DNA of 63,014 bases, the filler included. It is 4 parts of 4 records of this genome, joined end to end, with 100 filler letters (N's around TTAATTAATTAA, not from the genome) between each part and the next. Parts side by side here need not be neighbours in the genome. Positions count along the whole stretch, not along the records: positions 12,892 to 39,605 come from SRR31147125_4604; positions 39,706 to 57,866 come from SRR31147125_4613; 2 more parts are not named here. One strand, 5' to 3'. Both the position numbers and the translations under genes were made by a program. Below are positions 30,988 to 40,202 of the stretch, piece after piece. Within the stretch, counting starts at the first letter, position 1, and each line of letters begins with the position of its first letter. Below the pieces are notes generated by a model. It made no database searches and had not been told where the DNA came from. It saw only the letters and a list, made by a program, of their open reading frames with translations.

Positions 30988-32764
30988 GTGAAAGTTCCTC
31001 CTTACTTAATTGTGCATATGCAATTTTTTGATATGTCTCACAGTTTGCAAGTAAATCTTTATGCTTACCAATACCCACTGCTTCTCCTTTTTCTAATACA
31101 ATAATTTGTTCAGAATCTTTAATGGTTCCAATACGTTGACCAACAATCACTTTAAGTGCTTGAGCAGTCGAATCTTTTAACGCATTTCTTAATTCTTTAT
31201 CAGTACGATAATCTAATGCACTAAATGAATCATCGAAAATATAGATTTTAGGTTTTCTAATCAATGCTCTCGCAATGGATAATCTTTGTTTTTGTCCACC
31301 TGAAACATTTGATCCAGATTGATCAATACGGTGGTTTAATCCATCTTCTGATTCTTCCACAAATCCTTTTATTTGTGCAGTTTCTAAAGCTTTTAACACA
31401 TCATCATCAGTGGCGTCTTCTTTTGATATTTGCATATTAGATGTAATATCTCCTGAGAATAATAGACCTTTTTGTGGAACATATCCCATGAGTTCATAAA
31501 GTGTATGAAGTGGATAAGTTTTAATATCTCTACCATTGATTAGGATTTCTCCATCTGTCGCATCATAAAATCTTAACATCAGTAAAATAATTGTTGATTT
31601 TCCTGATCCAGTTGTTCCAATTAATGCAAGTGTTTCGCCTTTTGATGCCTTAAATGATATGTTTTTAATCACGTCTTCTTCAGCATTAGGATATCTAAAT
31701 GAAACATTTTTAAACTCAATGCTAACATCTTCATCCATCACCATATCTCTAGTAAGTGTGTGATCAGCATCATCTTCACTAATAGAATATGGTGTTTCTA
31801 TCACTTCCATGATACGTCTTGCTGATACAATTGCTCTTGGCAAGAAAATAAATAACATGATTAACATCATGAAACTAAAGAGTATCATCATACCATATGA
31901 AGTAAATTGAACCATAATGGCAACACCTTCAGCAGGATTGGCACCTAATGCCAAATCATTAATGAGTACCGCTGAAACAACAACAACACCTAAACTAATC
32001 CCATTCATGATAATTGTCATACTTGGATTTAAGAAACTAAACACAGTATTTACAAACAACTGGGTATTTGTTAGTTTGTTATTGACTTTACTAAATTTAG
32101 TTTTTTGCTGTTCTTCAGCATTATGAGCACGAACAACTCTAACACCCGTAAGCGTTTCTCGTGTAACCTGGTTTAAATCATCTGTTTGTCGCTGAATTGA
32201 ACTAAATTTCTTACCAACTAACATAAAAATGATAAGGATAAGTAATATAATTGCAGCAACTGCAAATACAATGACCATCGTCAATGTAACATTTAGGTTT
32301 ACAACTTTTAAAATTGCTGAAACCGCTGTAATTGGCGCAGTCACAAGTAATCTTAACATTAACACTAGTGCCATTTGAACTTGAGTCACATCATTTGTCG
32401 TTCTTGTGATTAACGATGGTGTCGAAAAATGATTGATTTCTGCTTGAGAAAAATCTTGCACATGTGCATACATCTCTTTTCTAAGTGTCGCAGAGACTTT
32501 CGTTGCAATACGTGTTGCTAAGAAACTAGCTGCGATAGTTGCTGCAATGGATACAAATGATACAATTAACATCATGAGTCCATCACTAAGAATTTCACTT
32601 GTCATAGATGTTTGAGTCTCTACACCAATAAAAATATTTCCTACAATATAGCCTATATATTCAGGTAGTAATAAATCCATTCTTACCTGTAGATATATAA
32701 GTCCGACGACAAATATCATTGATATCCAATGATACCATCTTAAATATTTAAAAACTTTAAGCAT
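30980..32764 (-). CDS. ABC exporter subunit (TMD+NBD), heterodimer partner 1
   Basis: SLITRTTNDV, GTTGSGKST, VSGGQKQRL, degenerate Walker B IFDDSFSALD. Confidence 0.93.
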   Translation of the reverse strand: MLKVFKYLRWYHWISMIFVVGLIYLQVRMDLLLPEYIGYIVGNIFIGVETQTSMTSEILSDGLMMLIVSFVSIAATIAASFLATRIATKVSATLRKEMYAHVQDFSQAEINHFSTPSLITRTTNDVTQVQMALVLMLRLLVTAPITAVSAILKVVNLNVTLTMVIVFAVAAIILLILIIFMLVGKKFSSIQRQTDDLNQVTRETLTGVRVVRAHNAEEQQKTKFSKVNNKLTNTQLFVNTVFSFLNPSMTIIMNGISLGVVVVSAVLINDLALGANPAEGVAIMVQFTSYGMMILFSFMMLIMLFIFLPRAIVSARRIMEVIETPYSISEDDADHTLTRDMVMDEDVSIEFKNVSFRYPNAEEDVIKNISFKASKGETLALIGTTGSGKSTIILLMLRFYDATDGEILINGRDIKTYPLHTLYELMGYVPQKGLLFSGDITSNMQISKEDATDDDVLKALETAQIKGFVEESEDGLNHRIDQSGSNVSGGQKQRLSIARALIRKPKIYIFDDSFSALDYRTDKELRNALKDSTAQALKVIVGQRIGTIKDSEQIIVLEKGEAVGIGKHKDLLANCETYQKIAYAQLSKEELSRG

Positions 32765-32803
32765 AATTCACCTCTTCTTGTTATATACAATAACTATTAT
32801 CCA

Positions 32804-32831
32804 CATTTTTGTTGCTTTGTCAACAAAAATG
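32804..32831. promoter_or_regulatory. Palindromic operator upstream of ABC exporter-marR operon (probable MarR site)
   Basis: CATTTTTGTTG-N6-CAACAAAAATG perfect 11-bp arms, 40 bp upstream of start codon. Confidence 0.7.
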
Positions 32832-32867
32832 ATGTAAATTATATATTTTATTAAATGAAATATACAA

Positions 32868-32904
32868 CTAAAAACTCCTTCGATATATCGAAAGAGTTTT
32901 TTAG
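32868..32904 (-). terminator. Terminator closing the repeat-peptide / membrane-protein cassette
   Basis: CTAAAAACTCCTTCGA-TATA-TCGAAAGAGTTTTTTAG hairpin. Confidence 0.65.
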
Positions 32905-32936
32905 TAACAGTTTATATAAGATATGAAATAAATAGA

Positions 32937-33356
32937 TTAAATAATTGTTTTAGGATGAGACTCATGTTTTAGAGATGACATCATCAGTTTGTCACCTATA
33001 AAATCCATCATCGAGATGATGATTAAATATATCATTAAATTAATAAGTGCAATTTGTATGGTAAAACTCATTGTTATATATGATAAAAAGAGAATTGAAA
33101 CCATTGTAAATATGACATACAAAATTGAACCTTTCGTTTTTTGATAATGCATTGTTTCTTTAATCTGTGCTTGTTGAATAAAAAAACCAAATGCGATAAA
33201 TATGGTATAACCAATCATACCACCAAGTTTAATTAATAGACCCGTGTCTTCTTGAAAAGCATTTTGTATTGATATTAAGTTAGTAGCCACTTCCCATTTA
33301 GTCGCAAGCAATGCAATAAATGACCCAGAAATGATTGTTTTAATTAAACTCTTCAT
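32937..33356 (-). CDS. Hypothetical 4-TM membrane protein
   Basis: RBS AAGGAGG before ATG at 33356; four hydrophobic segments. Confidence 0.75.
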   Translation of the reverse strand: MKSLIKTIISGSFIALLATKWEVATNLISIQNAFQEDTGLLIKLGGMIGYTIFIAFGFFIQQAQIKETMHYQKTKGSILYVIFTMVSILFLSYITMSFTIQIALINLMIYLIIISMMDFIGDKLMMSSLKHESHPKTII

Positions 33357-33372
33357 GTTGCCTCCTTGAGTG

Positions 33373-33828
33373 TTATTCAACAAATATGATGATCAATTGT
33401 AATCCATAATTCACCATCATCGCGTAAACTAAAGATGTCATAAACGTTAAACAGCTTACAACTGTAAAACTAGACTTATTATTTGATTTAATTTCAAAGT
33501 AATTATTCATATATTTTTGCACTGCAAAAAAACTTCCAAACACAATCAATGTAATAACAGGAACTGCAATAAGCATAATGCGCAATGATTCATCGCTGAT
33601 TGTTTGCTCTTTTATATTTATTTCAAATAGTATCAGAGATACCCACCATAATAGTGTGATGATAATTGTAACTAGCCCCATATATTTAATTAAATAATGC
33701 TTAGCCACCAAATAGTGCTTATTCTTGATATTGTGTTTAGTCAAATATTTTTTTATAAGGGATAAAGATGTTATTAATCCAAGTGTCGCAATTAAAATCA
33801 GCACCCAGACAATCATTATATATGCCAT
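33373..33828 (-). CDS. Hypothetical 4-TM membrane protein
   Basis: RBS AGGAG before ATG at 33828 (or 33834); four hydrophobic segments with basic loops. Confidence 0.75.
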   Translation of the reverse strand: MAYIMIVWVLILIATLGLITSLSLIKKYLTKHNIKNKHYLVAKHYLIKYMGLVTIIITLLWWVSLILFEINIKEQTISDESLRIMLIAVPVITLIVFGSFFAVQKYMNNYFEIKSNNKSSFTVVSCLTFMTSLVYAMMVNYGLQLIIIFVE

Positions 33829-33902
33829 ACCCATTTCTCCTCTATATAAATCACTTTGAATCAAATTTATGATATAATTAAGACTGTAGATTTTGTAAAA
33901 TA

Positions 33903-34229
33903 TTATAAAGCAACTGATTCAATTTCAATTGTTTCTGGTAAACCTGAATTTTTAAATCCACTAATTTTATATTGTTTGATTTTAAATCGATTCATAGAAA
34001 GATTTTCTATGCTTGCTACATCTGCAACTAAAACTCTATCAGGATCGCCAAACCAAGTAATTGAACCACTATTTTCAAAATCTAAAACTCTATCAGGATC
34101 ACCAAACCAAGTAATAGAACCACTGTTTTCAAAATCTAGTGAAATACTGTCATTACTAAGACCTACAAATAAACCAAACACTGATACTACAACTAACATA
34201 ACCAAAACTAATTTTACTAATTTTTTCAT
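33903..34229 (-). CDS. Secreted small protein with duplicated 18-aa core (candidate signalling-peptide precursor)
   Basis: RBS GAGGAG; MKK + hydrophobic signal/anchor; LDFENSGSITWFGDPDRV twice. Confidence 0.8.
   Translation of the reverse strand: MKKLVKLVLVMLVVVSVFGLFVGLSNDSISLDFENSGSITWFGDPDRVLDFENSGSITWFGDPDRVLVADVASIENLSMNRFKIKQYKISGFKNSGLPETIEIESVAL
34028..34139. repeat. 54-bp tandem duplication encoding identical 18-aa peptides
   Basis: Units start at 34028 and 34082; differences CTA/TTA, AAC/AAT, TCT/TCA, GGT/GGC are all synonymous on the minus strand. Confidence 0.95.
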
Positions 34230-34274
34230 AATTTAAATTCTCCTCAAATATTTTTGTTTTTTTCTTACAACACT

Positions 34275-34321
34275 AATTTATCATGAAAAACCCCCGAATA
34301 ATAGGGCACATATGTCCTATT
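34275..34321 (-). promoter_or_regulatory. Candidate Rgg/ComR-type operator and -10 element for the peptide gene
   Basis: AATAGGGCA-CATA-TGTCCTATT at 34300-34321 (9-4-9, one mismatch); on minus strand followed by a T-tract and TG-A-TAAATT with a 19-nt gap to the hexamer. Confidence 0.6.
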
Positions 34322-34362
34322 CCGACAAAATTATCATAAAATTTGGCAGAAAGAGTGAATTT

Positions 34363-35289
34363 ATGGACTCAAAAGAATTGTGCGTATACATCGAAAGAAT
34401 AAGATCAGCTAGAAAGATTTCACAACAATCTTTGGTTGAAGGTATTGTATCAATTAGACAATATCGTCGTTACCTTAATGGTTCGTCTGATATGCCATTT
34501 GACATCTTTGTTCAAATGGTGACTAAAGTCGGACTGAAACTAGATGCTGTTCTCAATGAAATTGAAAAAGTAAGAGTTGAAGAATATCAATACGCCAACA
34601 AATTATATAATTTAGCCGTGAATTATGATTATCAATCTTTTGATAGACTATTAAATCATAGACCTTTCGATCATTTTATTGACCACAATAATCAGATGCT
34701 TTATGATTTTAGTTTAATTATCAAAAAGTATTATCAAAAAGTCCTGTCAAAACAAAAGACCAATGAACTTATTGGAAAGTTAGTTAATTATCCAGGTGTG
34801 TTGCAACATGAAATTTTAACAGATATTGAGTTGCTTATTCTCTCATTTTTAATTGATGTATCAAACAAGACTACTCGAGAAAAAATTGTGGATCGTATTT
34901 TTTATATTTATAAGAAAAAAGGCATTATCAGTGGAGGTAATACGAGAATTCTTATTGTCATAGCTGCAAAGCTTGCAAAATATTTTGGTATTTTAGAAGA
35001 ATATGATCGGGTCATTGATTTTTGCGATATTGGTTTAAAAAGAAATCTAATTTATAGTTCTTATTTTCTAAATGAATATTTTTATTACTATAAATCACTT
35101 GCATATTATAAGTTAGGAAGAATCGATGAATTTCAAATTGCTTTAAAAAAATGTTTTAATGTTTTAGAACAAGAAGGCGATTTAAGTAAAAAGAAAAAGT
35201 TTGAAGCGTTAATCAATGAAGATTATGATATAGAATTTGATAAATATGTAATAAATCTATATAATCAACAACTAAATATAAAAAATTGA
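34363..35289 (+). CDS. Rgg/ComR/PlcR-like (RRNPP) transcriptional regulator: XRE HTH plus alpha-helical TPR-like domain
   Basis: IERIRSARKISQQSLVEGIVSIRQYRRYLNG N-terminal HTH; helical C-terminus (LAKYFGILEEYDRVIDFCDIG, YYYKSLAYYKLG); 308 aa from ATG at 34363. Confidence 0.8.
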   Translation: MDSKELCVYIERIRSARKISQQSLVEGIVSIRQYRRYLNGSSDMPFDIFVQMVTKVGLKLDAVLNEIEKVRVEEYQYANKLYNLAVNYDYQSFDRLLNHRPFDHFIDHNNQMLYDFSLIIKKYYQKVLSKQKTNELIGKLVNYPGVLQHEILTDIELLILSFLIDVSNKTTREKIVDRIFYIYKKKGIISGGNTRILIVIAAKLAKYFGILEEYDRVIDFCDIGLKRNLIYSSYFLNEYFYYYKSLAYYKLGRIDEFQIALKKCFNVLEQEGDLSKKKKFEALINEDYDIEFDKYVINLYNQQLNIKN

Positions 35290-35315
35290 CAACTCATTAG
35301 TGAGTTGTCAATTTT
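35282..35315. terminator. Bidirectional terminator between regulator and GNAT gene
   Basis: AAAATTGACAACTCA-TTAG-TGAGTTGTCAATTTT. Confidence 0.85.
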
Positions 35316-35845
35316 TTATATCATGCGTTTACCATATGTTAATTTTACTTCTTTATTCTGAACATCATAATTTGAATAAAATAATGTATTTAAACCAATG
35401 AAATGCATGCCTACTTTTTCATAAAACTTAATTGCTGGATCATTGCATGAAGCTACTTCTAAAACAATAGCTCTTGCTTTTGTTGTTAACACATGTCTTT
35501 CCATATGTTTAAATAATTTATATCCAATACCTTTTTTTCTATATTTTGGGTCAACATAGACTTCCCAAATCTTAAACGTTTGATTCCAGTCAATATATTC
35601 TCCTAAAATTAGACCAATAAGTTTTTTTCTATCAAACATCCCAAATGCGATTGGCTGTAATACATAATCAGCAAACAGTTCAAGGTCATAACTTTTCGTT
35701 GTTTTTTTCATTTTTTTCTCTTCAAAGAGATTTGAATGTTTTTGTTTTTCTTTTTTATTTTGATGTCTTGATATCCTTTAGTGATATAGTTTACTTGAAT
35801 GATTTTGCCTTGATATTCATCATATAATAATTGTTCTATTTTCAT
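35316..35845 (-). CDS. GNAT acetyltransferase, streptothricin-acetyltransferase-like (frameshifted at A7 run 35711-35717)
   Basis: WNQTFKIWEVYVDPKYRKKGIG, LEVASCNDPAIKFYEK.G; upstream MKIEQLLYDEYQG... from 35845 joins with one extra A. Confidence 0.8.
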
Positions 35846-35936
35846 TTTCTCACATCCTACGTCTTCTTATTTATAACATATTTTAAATCATTTTAAAAGA
35901 TAGCAAATAAAAAAGGTGCAATTGCACCTTTTATTG

Positions 35937-38417
35937 TTAAATAAATAGATTATGATTTGAGTCTTGTGTATCACCAAGATAAGTCGCAACCCCTGCAACT
36001 TCGATACCATCGATCAATTCTTCTTCTTTAATACCCATGATATCCATTGACATGGCGCATGCGATGACTTTGACACCCATATCAAGAGCACTTTGCATGA
36101 GAACTTGAAGTGAATCAACGTTTTTCTTCTTCATAATATGCTTAATCATTTTTGGTCCCATACCCATCATATTCATATTTGATATTGGAAGTTTTTTAAC
36201 CCCTCTAGGCATCATAAAACCAAACATTTTTTCAAGCAATCCTTTTTTAACTCTAACACGTTTTGGTTTTCTAAGTATGTTAAGTCCCCAAAATGTAAAG
36301 AATAATGATACATCTTTACCCATAGATTTAGCTCCACTTGCGATAATAAATGCTGCAATAGCTTTATCAAGATCTTGTGAGAATACGACGATCGTTGTTC
36401 CATTTTTTGTTTCTTTAACTTCAAATCCATCTTGAACATGCTTCATTTGACCTTTTTTAATATGTGCAATTAATACACCTTGCTCTTCTCTCATGTTTAA
36501 AAGTGTATTGCCTGTTTTAGCAGACCACGATGCAATATCTTTTTTAAATCCTGGATCAGTTGCTTTTACTTCAAGCACATCACCATCTTTTAATTGTTCC
36601 ATGCTTTTATAAACTTGAACGATAGGTCCCGGACATTGTAACCCACATGCATCGATTGAAACACTGACCTTTGATTCATCAACGACTGGTATAGGTGCTT
36701 CTTGTTTTGCTTTGTCAACAACTGGCACACCAAAATCATCTGTTAGTGTGAAACATATTTCATTACCTTCATGATCAAATACACAACTATATGATTTATA
36801 ACCACCATCTAAGTTTTTAACATGATAACCATGTTGCATTAATACTCTTGTTGCTGCATATCCTCTAATACCAACAGCACAATATACATATATTTCTTGA
36901 TCCTTAGGTATCTCATCAAGTCTTTCTCTAAGTTCTGATAACGGAATGTTAACAGACCCTGGTAAATGATCAAGAATGTATTCTGGTGTTTCACGAATAT
37001 CTAATAAATAAGAACCTTCTGCTGCAAAATTTTGCATTTGATCCCAAGATATAGTTTCAACAATACCTTTGTCAATATTTTCTGCGACAAATCCAACCAT
37101 ATTAATTGGATCTTTAGCTGATGAAAATGGTGGTGCGTATGCAAGATCTAAATGTTTTAATTCTGTAATTTTTAGTTTAGCAAAAATTGCAGTCGATAAA
37201 ACATCAATACGTTTATCAACACCTGATCCACCAATGGCTTGTCCACCATAAATTTCTAATGTTTCTGGATGATATAAAACCTTTAGATTAATCGTTTCAG
37301 ATCCCGGATAATAGCTCGCATGATTGACTGGGTGAATGTGAATACTCTTAAACGGCATTTTTAATTGTTTAAGTGTTCTAGCATTAACACCAACACTACC
37401 CACTGTTAAATCAAATATTTTAGCAGCAGATGTTGCGATTGTGCCTAGATATTCATCTTCTATACCACATATGTGATTTGCGACAAAGCGTCCCTGTTTA
37501 TTTGCAGGTCCAGCAAGTGCGGCATTCATTTTTTGTTTTGTGACTATATTTTTAACATCAATGACATCACCAATTGCATAAACATCAGGGTCTGAAGTTT
37601 GTAAGTGATCATTGACTTCAATTGAACCACGTTTTGTTAAATTTAGTCCACCTTTTTTAGCAACTTCATTATCAGGTCTTACCCCAATTGAGAAAATAAT
37701 TAAATCAGCATCTAATATAGTTCCTGATGATAATAATATTTTCTTACCTTCTTGTTCAAACGCTTTTACACCATCATTTAAAACCAATCCTACTTGGTTT
37801 TCAACAATGTGCTGATGGATAATTTGAGCCATTTCGTAATCAAACATACCCATGACTTGAGGTGCCATTTCAACAAGTGTGACATCAAGTCCACGGTGTG
37901 CAAGATTTTCCATCATTTCTACACCAATGAACCCTCCACCAATGACTACAGCTTTTTTAGGCTGATTTGTATTGATAAACTCAATGATTTGATCCATATC
38001 TGGTATATTTCTTAATTTAAAAAGATTTTTTGCATCAAATATACCTTCAATGGGTGGCATAATAGGTTGAGCCCCTGTAGAAATAATTGCTTTATCATAG
38101 GTCTCTTCATATGTTTTGCCTGTTTGTACTTCTTTAACTGTTATTGTTTTCTTTTTTGTATCTAGATCAATAACCTCTGAAAAAATACGTACATCGATGT
38201 TAAATTTAGATGCCATATCTTCAGGTGTTTGCACAACGAGTGCATCACGTGATGGAATCACGCCTCCTACATGATATGGTAATCCGCAATTTGCAAATGA
38301 AATATATTCTCCTCTTTCAAATAAAATAATTTCTGCAAATTCATCAAGACGACGTAGTCGAGCAGCGGTTGTTGCACCACCGGCAACACCACCAATAATT
38401 ACTATTTTTTTATTCAT
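35937..38417 (-). CDS. CoA-disulfide/persulfide reductase fused to rhodanese, TusA and DsrE-like domains
   Basis: GGVAGGA, SFANCGLPY, GGGFIG, YAPPFS, YCAVGIRG (rhodanese), DACGLQCPGP (TusA), FFTFWGL and ACAMSMD (DsrE). Confidence 0.92.
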   Translation of the reverse strand: MNKKIVIIGGVAGGATTAARLRRLDEFAEIILFERGEYISFANCGLPYHVGGVIPSRDALVVQTPEDMASKFNIDVRIFSEVIDLDTKKKTITVKEVQTGKTYEETYDKAIISTGAQPIMPPIEGIFDAKNLFKLRNIPDMDQIIEFINTNQPKKAVVIGGGFIGVEMMENLAHRGLDVTLVEMAPQVMGMFDYEMAQIIHQHIVENQVGLVLNDGVKAFEQEGKKILLSSGTILDADLIIFSIGVRPDNEVAKKGGLNLTKRGSIEVNDHLQTSDPDVYAIGDVIDVKNIVTKQKMNAALAGPANKQGRFVANHICGIEDEYLGTIATSAAKIFDLTVGSVGVNARTLKQLKMPFKSIHIHPVNHASYYPGSETINLKVLYHPETLEIYGGQAIGGSGVDKRIDVLSTAIFAKLKITELKHLDLAYAPPFSSAKDPINMVGFVAENIDKGIVETISWDQMQNFAAEGSYLLDIRETPEYILDHLPGSVNIPLSELRERLDEIPKDQEIYVYCAVGIRGYAATRVLMQHGYHVKNLDGGYKSYSCVFDHEGNEICFTLTDDFGVPVVDKAKQEAPIPVVDESKVSVSIDACGLQCPGPIVQVYKSMEQLKDGDVLEVKATDPGFKKDIASWSAKTGNTLLNMREEQGVLIAHIKKGQMKHVQDGFEVKETKNGTTIVVFSQDLDKAIAAFIIASGAKSMGKDVSLFFTFWGLNILRKPKRVRVKKGLLEKMFGFMMPRGVKKLPISNMNMMGMGPKMIKHIMKKKNVDSLQVLMQSALDMGVKVIACAMSMDIMGIKEEELIDGIEVAGVATYLGDTQDSNHNLFI

Positions 38418-38589
38418 TAACGTACCTCCGCGATTTTAATATACGATACTTACTAAAAAATGTCAATGAAAGTTACAATAATTAACAAAATTTGTTATTT
38501 TAATTATATTTTCACATATTTTAACTATTAAAAGTTTTTTTATAGGGATAGTTTTATATATGATATCATATATAAAAGGAGTGATTCAT

Positions 38590-39192
38590 TTGAAGAAAAT
38601 ACTGATAACAGCTTTTGAACCATTTGATGGGAAGCAGATCAACGCTTCACGAGAAATTCTTAACTATCAACCTATAGAGTTTTCACATGCGATCATAAAA
38701 AAAGTAATATTACCCACAGCATTTAATCGTGTTGAAGCTGTATTACTAGATGCTATTGAATTGTTTAAACCAGATGTCATCCTTATGTTAGGTGAAGCAG
38801 CAAATGCAACGCATGTTAGATTAGAGCGTCTTGGTATTAATTTAATGCATGCAAGGATACCTGATAACGATGGATATCAGCCTTTTGATCAAAGCATAAA
38901 AGCAGATGGTGATAACGCATATTTTCAAACACTTCCTATACATGAAATCTATCAAAAGTTAAACAAATTACATATACCAGTTAAATACTCTTATAGTGCA
39001 GGGACATTTCTATGTAATCACATACTTTATTTTGTTTTATACATTTTATCAAAAAGAATAACCAGCCATATTCAGGCTGGTTTCATTCATTTTCCATATA
39101 TTAAAAATCAACTTGACAAAACTCATCCTTATCTAGATATTAACTTATCCCATCAAGCACTACGAGAAATTATTAAAAGTACTCTCGTTTAA
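38590..39192 (+). CDS. pcp: Pyroglutamyl-peptidase I
   Basis: ITAFEPFDG..INAS, ERLGIN..ARIPDNDG, SAGTFLCN, GFIHFP. Confidence 0.9.
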   Translation: MKKILITAFEPFDGKQINASREILNYQPIEFSHAIIKKVILPTAFNRVEAVLLDAIELFKPDVILMLGEAANATHVRLERLGINLMHARIPDNDGYQPFDQSIKADGDNAYFQTLPIHEIYQKLNKLHIPVKYSYSAGTFLCNHILYFVLYILSKRITSHIQAGFIHFPYIKNQLDKTHPYLDINLSHQALREIIKSTLV

Positions 39193-39605
39193 TTGATACC
39201 AATGTTTTGCTGCTTCTACTTCATCTTTACTGATTTGGTGGCCATATTTAGTAAAATATAGTTCAACATCAGCATTAGCACTGTGAAGAATTTGAACAAG
39301 TTCTAATACTTCATGTTTTGGTGTCAAAAAATCTTTTTCTCCTGCACCGATGAAAACATTTAATTGTTCTAGATTTGGTAAATGTTTCGGTCTTCTTGGT
39401 ATTTTAGGATGAAATAGTATCGCTTTAAAAAATGCCTTCTCATAATGAAACAACATATTAATTGCAATATTCGCACCATGACCATTACCAATAACAATCA
39501 CCTTCGAAGCATCAAATTTAAATGCTCGAGCTGACTCTAATATAAATGTTCTTAAATTATGTGTTTGTGCATGAAGGCTTACTTCATCATAAACACCAAT
39601 TTTTT
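39160..39605 (-). CDS. Alpha/beta hydrolase (carboxylesterase-like), C-terminal part
   Basis: GNGHGANIA, FIGAG.KD, GHQI..DEV.AA..WY; frame open to contig end. Confidence 0.7.
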
Positions 39606-39705
39606 NNNNNNNNNNNNNNNNNNNNNNNNNNNNNNNNNNNNNNNNNNNNTTAATTAATTAANNNNNNNNNNNNNNNNNNNNNNNNNNNNNNNNNNNNNNN
39701 NNNNN
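39606..39705. other. Artificial contig spacer
   Basis: N44-TTAATTAATTAA-N44. Confidence 0.98.
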
Positions 39706-39707
39706 TT

Positions 39708-40202
39708 TTAGGACCTTTACCTGTTGATTTAACTGAAAGATACGATGATTTTCTTCCATCTGGATTTCTTCATATTAAACCACTTTTTCACCATATAACT
39801 CATACAACAATTGAAGGTGATGTGGATTATGTCTTTGGTAGTGGTATGGCTTATTTTGACAAGTGTCATTTCATCTCATTGGATAAGGGTTATATTTTTG
39901 CACCCTCTACCTACCAATCATTTCCTTATGGTTTCATCGTCACTCATTCGACATTTGAATCACGAAAAGCTAGTCAAGTATATATCGCAAGACCTTGGCG
40001 ACCATTTGGAAAAGTCATCTTACTCAATAATGAGTTTATTGGTCAATTTCATCCCAATCGTTATCACAACTGGGATAAATTAGACTTTTTATTTCAAGAA
40101 CTTCCTTATGTGGATTCACCACTAAGTGTTCCTTTACTTAAGGAGGAGATAGAACAATTGAAAAGTTTCATAAAGGAGAATTTAAAGAATTGTTCTATCT
40201 AA
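39708..40202 (+). CDS. Hypothetical protein, C-terminal part
   Basis: Frame open from contig start (LGPLPVDLTERYDDFLPSGF...) through ORF 39822-40202. Confidence 0.55.
   Translation, partial: LGPLPVDLTERYDDFLPSGFLHIKPLFHHITHTTIEGDVDYVFGSGMAYFDKCHFISLDKGYIFAPSTYQSFPYGFIVTHSTFESRKASQVYIARPWRPFGKVILLNNEFIGQFHPNRYHNWDKLDFLFQELPYVDSPLSVPLLKEEIEQLKSFIKENLKNCSI

Noticed and set aside
34028-34139. Tandem repeats (here and at 8539-8640) as a CRISPR array
   Set aside because: Head-to-tail repeats without spacers, lengths divisible by three, inside coding sequence; no cas genes seen.
33856-34236. Plus-strand 126-aa ORF also showing the 18-aa repeat
   Set aside because: Antisense shadow of 33903-34229; the minus-strand ORF has the RBS, signal peptide and operon context.
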